Virus record (IMG/VR): IMGVR_UViG_3300042863_002514
Coordinates: 62,001 to 119,063 of that record
Length of the DNA: 57,063 nt
Source: an uncultured virus (IMG/VR IMGVR_UViG_3300042863_002514)
Lineage: Duplodnaviria; Heunggongvirae; Uroviricota; Caudoviricetes
Strand: one strand, 5' to 3'
The translations under genes were made by a program, and so were the position numbers. The notes beneath the pieces were generated by a model, which was not told the origin of the DNA, did no database searches, and was given only the letters and a program-made list of their open reading frames with translations. Positions 51,308 to 57,063 of the stretch are shown here, in pieces (the stretch's first letter is position 1; every line of letters starts with the position of its first letter).

Positions 51308-52378
51308 CTAAATTGCCCCGACTAGTACAGAGATTAAATGATAGTGGTCCTCAAAACAGATTTCTGGCCGAAGATCTTTAAGGGCTACCCATTTGGCTGA
51401 GGCCGCATCATCTCCGCCCTTGACTGTGTCAAGTGGACCTGTGCCAAGATCAATGAGATAAGCTACTGTGAGCACTCGACCTCGGCTGCTGCGATTAGGA
51501 TCGTCAAAAACTTCCTTCTTGACAATGCTGCCTTTAAGCACCGGAGCTGGGACTTTCAACCGAGTTTCCTCACGCAGCTCACGGATCATCCCGTCAACTA
51601 CTCGCTCAGTTACATCTAGGTATCCACCAGGAAGTGCAAGCTGGCCTTTCCCTGGCATTGCTCCACGTTCCACCATTAGCACATGTCCGCTTTTGATCAC
51701 CACAGCGTCTACGCACACTAGATTCACAGGGTAAGGCGCAGCCGCCCAACTGCTTTTGTACTTCAGCACAAACTCATACTCGTCACGGATCAGCTTGTGG
51801 TTGGGAGTATCAAGGAAACTGCTGAGAAACTTCTGCACATAGGGTGTCACCACTGCATCCTGAGGCAGGTCACCTGCTTGGTGGCCATCTGCATCTCTCA
51901 CCCACATGTGGCCCATGTTGCTGAAGTAGCTGTTGCGAATGTTGGTACCGCTGATGTCGCGGAAGCTGCTGACCTCCACATTGCTCCATTGAGGAAACAG
52001 TTTCAGGTAATAGCTGGTGTTGTCTCGGCTGTGGCCCACTAGTGTGATCTTGGCTTTGGCTGGGTCAAGCCCAAAAAGCGTCGCCCCTTGGGCAGCCAGC
52101 GTCTGCACATTGTGGATCCACTTGCTGTCGTTGTAGGTGGCGTCCTCTAGAGGCAGAACTCGCACTCTGTTTTTCAGCTCGGCAGGCAGGCTGCCTTCAA
52201 TCATGTCCCGCCGTTCTTGAAAGGTAAACGGCACACGATAACTGCGCGGACTGCGGGCACTGCCCACCAAAATCACCAAATTGTCTGCGTGCTTGAGTGC
52301 TTCAGTTACCACATGGTGGTGACCTGAATGGTAAGGAGAAAACCTTCCGATAAAGATTCCTAGGTCAGCTTTGTTCAT
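51308..52378 (-). CDS. nadM: bifunctional NMN adenylyltransferase / ADP-ribose pyrophosphatase (NadM-Nudix)
   Basis: FIGRFSPYHSGH, PFT..ER, SGT.IR, LPGG......E......RELREET Nudix box, FEDH. Confidence 0.95.
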   Translation of the reverse strand: MNKADLGIFIGRFSPYHSGHHHVVTEALKHADNLVILVGSARSPRSYRVPFTFQERRDMIEGSLPAELKNRVRVLPLEDATYNDSKWIHNVQTLAAQGATLFGLDPAKAKITLVGHSRDNTSYYLKLFPQWSNVEVSSFRDISGTNIRNSYFSNMGHMWVRDADGHQAGDLPQDAVVTPYVQKFLSSFLDTPNHKLIRDEYEFVLKYKSSWAAAPYPVNLVCVDAVVIKSGHVLMVERGAMPGKGQLALPGGYLDVTERVVDGMIRELREETRLKVPAPVLKGSIVKKEVFDDPNRSSRGRVLTVAYLIDLGTGPLDTVKGGDDAASAKWVALKDLRPEICFEDHYHLISVLVGAI

Positions 52379-52401
52379 CGCAAAAATCCTTTGCTCAATC
52401 T

Positions 52402-52424
52402 GCCGCAAGGTCTATCCTTTTGGC
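52402..52424 (-). promoter_or_regulatory. 5' UTR hairpin AAGG-ATAGA-CCTT upstream of nadM
   Basis: shared with the NAMPT leader. Confidence 0.6.
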
Positions 52425-52457
52425 TATTCTCTTATATAGCAAGACATGGGGATTATG

Positions 52458-52721
52458 TCAACTTTTTTGTACAAGGCGTATAATACACCCCGACACATCA
52501 ATTTCCCACCAGCGTTCACCAAAATTCCATTTTTTAGGATTGGCATGATGATTGTTGTGCCACCCTTCTCCCCAGTAGACCACAGCAAAAATCCAGTTGT
52601 TGGTGCTGTTGTCAGTTGTGATGTGGTATGCCACCAGGGGTTTCATCGTCACCAAAGCGTAATGTTTGGGTGCCTTCTTGGAACCAAACTTCCCCAGTGG
52701 ATCCAACATAAACATCAGCAT
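52458..52721 (-). pseudogene. C-terminal fragment of a delta-9 fatty acid desaturase
   Basis: S.NNW......WGEGWHNNHHA.P...G.RWWEID; the N-terminal His boxes are absent. Confidence 0.75.
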
Positions 52722-52796
52722 CCTGTTGGATTTCCTTGCTGATGAGTTTGCGTGTGCCTGTAATCATGCTTGATCTTCGTTATATAGACGTATTTA

Positions 52797-53924
52797 CTAT
52801 ATGCCCAATCTGCTTAACAGGCGCACCATCTCATCCTTGTAATGCTCAATGGCCTGCCTTTTCTCTTTTGGATCTTGTATTTTGTTGATGTCCTGAACTT
52901 TTTGATTCAATTGGGCTACTGCTGGCTTAATGGCTTTTCTTATAGCATCAATCACTCGGTTGTCCTGACTAATCCTACTCACCAGACCCAACTGTGCTGG
53001 GTTGAAATAAGTGGCATCAACTATAACACTCTCTATTACAGGCAGTGCTTGACTAATGATTTTTTTACCCAACAATCTGATCTTATTTGTTACTTCAGGA
53101 GTGAAAATTCCTTTTTCTGCCAACTCAAACAGCCGTATGTTTGGTATGTGATAGTCAAACGTCACCTCAGGTTTTTTGGTAAAGTAATTTGTATGCTGAT
53201 CAACAGAACTCTTGAACAAAGGTATACCAGTTTGAGGACCAAACAATTTCAACAAATGCTGCTGTGCTTTTGGACTCAATTCCTGGCCATGATGATGTAT
53301 CACATAGTCAAAGAAGCTGTGCTCTGTAGATCGGCTGCGTAAGCTCTCTGCTGTTGTTTTCAAAATCACATCATCAACTGAGGTGTCGCCATCCTCAAGA
53401 CTGTGTTTGTATTGTTTTACTTCTTGGTAAATCTCTGTTTGATAAGTGCCAGGAGGTAACACAATTTCACTCTCATGTCCAACCCCAGTGGCGTCAACAT
53501 CAATGCCCACTCCAGCAGAGACAGTGGTTTTCAAAATTACTCCTCTGTAACCACTAAGCCTTTCTCGACGTTTCATTTGTTGGTCATGAGCGGCTAACAC
53601 AGCAGGATTCAATTGATAAGTGGGTTGAGTCAATGCAAATTGGTTAGCAGTGCTGGGATCACCACTCCAGCTTGTGACCACATTGAACGTTAACTTGCCA
53701 TTTGACTTGTTGAACAGTTCCATGAACTCTGTATAGGATTCTTCCCGAGTGAAATTCATTCCTCGATATATGACTCCAGCTTTGTTGGGATATTTCTTGA
53801 TGAGAGTATCTAATACGTGCTTTTCGGGATTCTTTCCTTGATTCATATATGTGAATCTTCCAAGCCATCTTTTTGCTGGATCTTTTATCTGTTCCCAATC
53901 TTGGGCTTCATTAGTTTGCATCAT
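52797..53924 (-). CDS. putative R-S-E ADP-ribosyltransferase (Alt/Mod-like)
   Basis: IYRGM, TSWS...A..FA, G.ILK, ESEIVLPPG; TAAATA just upstream of the ATG. Confidence 0.7.
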   Translation of the reverse strand: MMQTNEAQDWEQIKDPAKRWLGRFTYMNQGKNPEKHVLDTLIKKYPNKAGVIYRGMNFTREESYTEFMELFNKSNGKLTFNVVTSWSGDPSTANQFALTQPTYQLNPAVLAAHDQQMKRRERLSGYRGVILKTTVSAGVGIDVDATGVGHESEIVLPPGTYQTEIYQEVKQYKHSLEDGDTSVDDVILKTTAESLRSRSTEHSFFDYVIHHHGQELSPKAQQHLLKLFGPQTGIPLFKSSVDQHTNYFTKKPEVTFDYHIPNIRLFELAEKGIFTPEVTNKIRLLGKKIISQALPVIESVIVDATYFNPAQLGLVSRISQDNRVIDAIRKAIKPAVAQLNQKVQDINKIQDPKEKRQAIEHYKDEMVRLLSRLGI

Positions 53925-53937
53925 TCAGTATTTACAG

Positions 53938-54300
53938 GAAGACGCATCTCATTCTGGAGGATCGGTCATATTTCTCCCCTTGCGGGGAGAATGGTTGGAA
54001 AAAACCTCATTCCGGTTTCACAGTCTCAGTTCAGACCCTCTAGCACTGGCGGGGCACCTATTTCCAGCGCAGGATCTACCACTCAAGGCACATCATGCCT
54101 TTGCCCGGTTATGTTGGATATACCTATCCAACAAGCCCAACCTCCACCAGAACTGATGGCAGAAGTTGGTGAAAAACTCAAGGTTTTTCATCCTTTTTGT
54201 TCAATTTTGTGGCCAAGGCTTTTTGAACTAGAGACCTTGATACGCAGGTTCCCACCCTTCGCGGTGAGCGTTTGCGGATGGACACAACACCATCATTTGT
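53938..54300 (-). ncRNA. candidate large structured ncRNA
   Basis: ~370-nt intergenic stretch with many hairpins (TTCTCCCC-GCAA-GGGGAGAA, TGTTGGATA/TATCCAACA, AAGGCA/TGCCTT, TGAAAAAC/GTTTTTCA). Confidence 0.5.
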
Positions 54301-54318
54301 TGCCACTATGTTGAGTGA

Positions 54319-54687
54319 TTATGATGGAGAGTAATTGGGATTGTCAACGCTCTGGCGTGTGCTTTGTTGATTTACTTGAGCCTCTTGTACTCTGCCCCTA
54401 GTATAGGCAGCTACTCCAAGTATTGCGCCGAAACTCAGGTGGAACATTCCGGATTCCATAACAGTCAAGGGTTCCCAAGTGTTCTTTTTCATTAAGAGTG
54501 TTAGTGCGCCCAGTTTTTCACTGCCTTCAAATGTTGAGGAAACTTTGACTACGTCTTCCAATTTCAAATTAGTTTTAGCAACATATACAGGCATGATTAC
54601 AAAATCAAATACACATATGGCCAAATAAATCCATGCAGCAGCAGGGCGCCAATACTTCACAAACCACTTTTCTTGCGTATTACTCAT
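54319..54687 (-). CDS. holin-like membrane protein
   Basis: WRPA..W.Y..IC.FDF...P and W.PLT....MFH..FGAILG; next to the spanins. Confidence 0.7.
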   Translation of the reverse strand: MSNTQEKWFVKYWRPAAAWIYLAICVFDFVIMPVYVAKTNLKLEDVVKVSSTFEGSEKLGALTLLMKKNTWEPLTVMESGMFHLSFGAILGVAAYTRGRVQEAQVNQQSTRQSVDNPNYSPS

Positions 54688-55070
54688 TTTGTCTTTTCTG
54701 GAGTGGGTGTGTCTTGTGTAATGGTTTTTACCATATCGCGATAGTATTGCACAATGGCGCCCTGTTGCAGCATATAACGACGCATCTCTGCAATATTTGA
54801 TGCTAGGTTTTCATAATCAGATGGGGTCATTACCAAGAACACACTCTTGGGATCTGCTTTTAACTGAGCCTCAAGTTCTTTGAAATTTTCTGCTGTAACT
54901 ACATTCACATTTAAGTTGCTGATAACCAACTCTCGCGGTGATGGAGGTTCACTCACTGTTATTTTTGTGTTGCTGGTTTTGATCTCCAGTTCTTTTACAT
55001 TTGGTCCACAAGACACTAGAGACAAACAAAGTAAGCTAGCAGTAATAAATTTAAGGGGTAGTTGGCGCAT
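54684..55070 (-). CDS. o-spanin-like lipoprotein
   Basis: lipobox LVSC; overlaps the i-spanin gene end. Confidence 0.75.
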   Translation of the reverse strand: MRQLPLKFITASLLCLSLVSCGPNVKELEIKTSNTKITVSEPPSPRELVISNLNVNVVTAENFKELEAQLKADPKSVFLVMTPSDYENLASNIAEMRRYMLQQGAIVQYYRDMVKTITQDTPTPEKTK

Positions 55071-55452
55071 TTTTTGTCCCTTCAACAGCTGAGTTGAACA
55101 ACTCATTCAATTGATTGTTCAAGTTGATTTGAAGTTGTTTCCTATCAACCTGGGCATTGCCTACAATATTCAAGTCTTTGATAGCTTTAGCTAGTTTGGC
55201 TCTATCAGCTTCAGCTTTGCTCATTCGTCCTTGCATCATCTCCATGGAGATCTTTTGATCTTGTGCAAAGTTCTCTAGTTGAGTGATAGCTTGTTTCTGT
55301 AAGTCAATAGCTATCTCAGCTTTGGCCACATTAGCAGCCATGATTTGCAGTTGTGTTTGTGTGTGTTTGAAATAAATGTAAAAAGTGCCAGACAACAGCA
55401 CAAAGGCACCTACTCCAACCAGCAGCAACTTATTTGACAAAAATCCGAACAT
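55051..55452 (-). CDS. i-spanin-like protein
   Basis: N-terminal TM segment plus coiled coil. Confidence 0.75.
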   Translation of the reverse strand: MFGFLSNKLLLVGVGAFVLLSGTFYIYFKHTQTQLQIMAANVAKAEIAIDLQKQAITQLENFAQDQKISMEMMQGRMSKAEADRAKLAKAIKDLNIVGNAQVDRKQLQINLNNQLNELFNSAVEGTKNAPTTP

Positions 55453-55499
55453 GTGATTTCTCCTAAATATTATTTAGGTTTTTAGAGATTGAGAACATT

Positions 55500-56144
55500 A
55501 TGGCCTTAACCACTGAACAAAAAGAGATTTGGAACACATTCAAACTCTATTATGATTCCTCGCGTATTAGGCAAATACGCTTTGACGATGAAAACAAGCT
55601 GAATCTCACTGGAGATATACAATTCCTTATGGGATCATCAGGATTCAATGTAAGGTTTGGCGAGGTCAAAGGCATGTTCAATGTCAGCAGTATGGGATTG
55701 AAAAGTCTTGAAGGGGCGCCCACAAGCGTTACTGGGGTGTTTTCTGTGGCACGCAACAGTAACCTTGAAAGTCTCAAGGGAGGACCAATTGAGGTGGGAG
55801 AAGACTACACTGCCTATAGTTGTAAGCTGACCAATCTCATTGGTGCGCCAAAAAAAGTTGGCGGTGCATTTATGGTGTTCAAAAATCCCCTCACTAGCCT
55901 TGAAGGCTGTCCTGACCACATTGCTGGTACCATGAGTTTGGATTACGAACCAGACTTGCCTCTGCTACGAACATTAGTAGCACTTCATGTTGATTTCACA
56001 CCAGGCCAAGCCAAGGTAAGTTGGGACAAAGTAATTCAATGCCATGATATTTTGAACAAATACGCAGGGCAAGGCAAACGAGCAATGTTTGACTGCCAAA
56101 AAGACTTGGAAGATGCAGGCTTTGAAGGAAATGCCAGATGGTAG
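55500..56144 (+). CDS. variable LRR protein, array B member 1
   Basis: same repeat and C-terminal cap as array A. Confidence 0.85.
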   Translation: MALTTEQKEIWNTFKLYYDSSRIRQIRFDDENKLNLTGDIQFLMGSSGFNVRFGEVKGMFNVSSMGLKSLEGAPTSVTGVFSVARNSNLESLKGGPIEVGEDYTAYSCKLTNLIGAPKKVGGAFMVFKNPLTSLEGCPDHIAGTMSLDYEPDLPLLRTLVALHVDFTPGQAKVSWDKVIQCHDILNKYAGQGKRAMFDCQKDLEDAGFEGNARW

Positions 56145-56935
56145 ACAAAAAAGAAGTAATGGCTTTGTTGGAAAAATATTTCAAAACAACTGGTTCAATA
56201 ACCATTGATGATAAGGGATTGGTTAGTTGTACAGGTATGGTAACTCCTAAAAAGAAGTTGAAGAGATTGCCTGTTGCTTTTGATAAGGTTGGTGGTAGTT
56301 TCAAGTGCGGCAACAACCAGCTCACCACACTTGAAGGTGGGCCCATTTCAGTTGGTGGTGATTTCTGGTGCTACAACAACCAGCTCACCACACTCCAAGG
56401 TGCACCCACTTCAGTTGGTGGTAGTTTCTCGTGCAGCGACCAGCAGCTCACCACACTTGAAGGTGCACCCACTTCAGTTGGTGGTGATTTCTTGTGCCAC
56501 AACAACCAGCTCACCACACTTGAAGGTGGGCCCATTTCAGTTGGTGGTAGTTTATTGTGCTATAACAACCAGCTCACCACACTTGAAGGTGGGCCCACTT
56601 CAGTTGGTCGTCATTACGATTGCTCCAACAACCAGCTCACTACACTTGAAGGTGCGCCCACTTCAATTGGTGGTAGTTTCGACTGCCACAACAACCAGCT
56701 CACCACACTTGAAGGAATGCCAACCATACCTGGAATCTTACATCTCTCCTATAGCTCCACTTTGCCACTGCTTCGTTGTTTGCTCGCAAAAGAGATTCAA
56801 CTGTATCCTGAGAATGGGAAGCACAAAACAGCTGAAAAAATTCTCAATCGATACGCAGGAAACGGCATACGATACTTGTTTGAATGCCAAAAAGACTTAG
56901 AAGATGCTGGATTTGAAGGAAATGCCAGATGGTAG
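56138..56935 (+). CDS. variable LRR protein, array B member 2
   Basis: seven near-identical 21-aa repeats plus the cap. Confidence 0.88.
   Translation: MVDKKEVMALLEKYFKTTGSITIDDKGLVSCTGMVTPKKKLKRLPVAFDKVGGSFKCGNNQLTTLEGGPISVGGDFWCYNNQLTTLQGAPTSVGGSFSCSDQQLTTLEGAPTSVGGDFLCHNNQLTTLEGGPISVGGSLLCYNNQLTTLEGGPTSVGRHYDCSNNQLTTLEGAPTSIGGSFDCHNNQLTTLEGMPTIPGILHLSYSSTLPLLRCLLAKEIQLYPENGKHKTAEKILNRYAGNGIRYLFECQKDLEDAGFEGNARW
56288..56716 (+). repeat. 63-bp tandem repeat, ~7 copies, inside the LRR gene
   Basis: unit aacaaccagctcaccacacttgaaggt(gca/ggg)ccca(c/t)ttcagttggtggt + variable NNN tt. NNN tgc NNN. Confidence 0.92.
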
Positions 56936-57063
56936 ACAAAAAAGAAGTAATGGCTTTGTTGAAAGCTAATTTCAAAACAACTGGTTCAATAACCATTGAC
57001 GATAAGGGATTGGTTAGTTGTACAGGTATGGTAACTCCTAAAAAGAAGTTGAAGAGATTGCCT
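56929..57063 (+). CDS. variable LRR protein, array B member 3 (partial, runs off the window)
   Basis: MVDKKEVMALLKANFKTTGSITIDDKGLVSCTGMVTPKKKLKRLP. Confidence 0.85.
   Translation, partial: MVDKKEVMALLKANFKTTGSITIDDKGLVSCTGMVTPKKKLKRLP

Noticed and set aside
53938..54300. RNase P RNA or tmRNA
   Set aside because: Only a vague resemblance at the 3' end; no GAGGAAAGUCC P4 motif and no Ala-type acceptor ends
56288..56716. CRISPR array or DGR target
   Set aside because: In-frame coding repeats without unique spacers; no cas or reverse transcriptase gene in the window, and the variation is not evidently adenine-specific
56274..56900. Overlapping 208-aa repeat ORF
   Set aside because: Alternative frame left open by the stop-free 63-bp repeat

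Overview
This 57-kb window comes from a large (jumbo, T4-like) bacteriophage using the standard genetic code. The host is probably a proteobacterium, possibly an alphaproteobacterium, inferred from hss and the HemO/PcyX-like pair. It is almost entirely accessory cargo. (1) About 26 minus-strand tRNA genes plus several tRNA-like and structured ncRNAs between 8.9 and 34.6 kb. (2) Translation-related genes: TilS, a queuosine-precursor transporter, Smr, and an RF1-like factor. (3) NAD salvage (NAMPT + NadM-Nudix), Sir2, polyamine genes (speD, hss), oxidative/iron genes (SOD, Dps, heme oxygenase, bilin reductase) and a sigma70. (4) Lysis genes, two collagen/Gly-Ser fibre genes, and two tandem arrays of variable LRR genes with a conserved C-terminal cap. 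The most striking observations are: a promoter + 38-codon leader ORF containing 19 of the 20 amino acids + antiterminator/terminator at the head of the tRNA array (a candidate pan-tRNA-sensing attenuator); two tRNA genes with short structured anticodon-loop inserts, one of them a nested anticodon-less mini-tRNA; an RF1-like gene with an in-frame UGA; an amber suppressor tRNA; a duplicated pseudoknotted ncRNA; and a mosaic LRR repertoire. All calls were made by eye, with no database searches.
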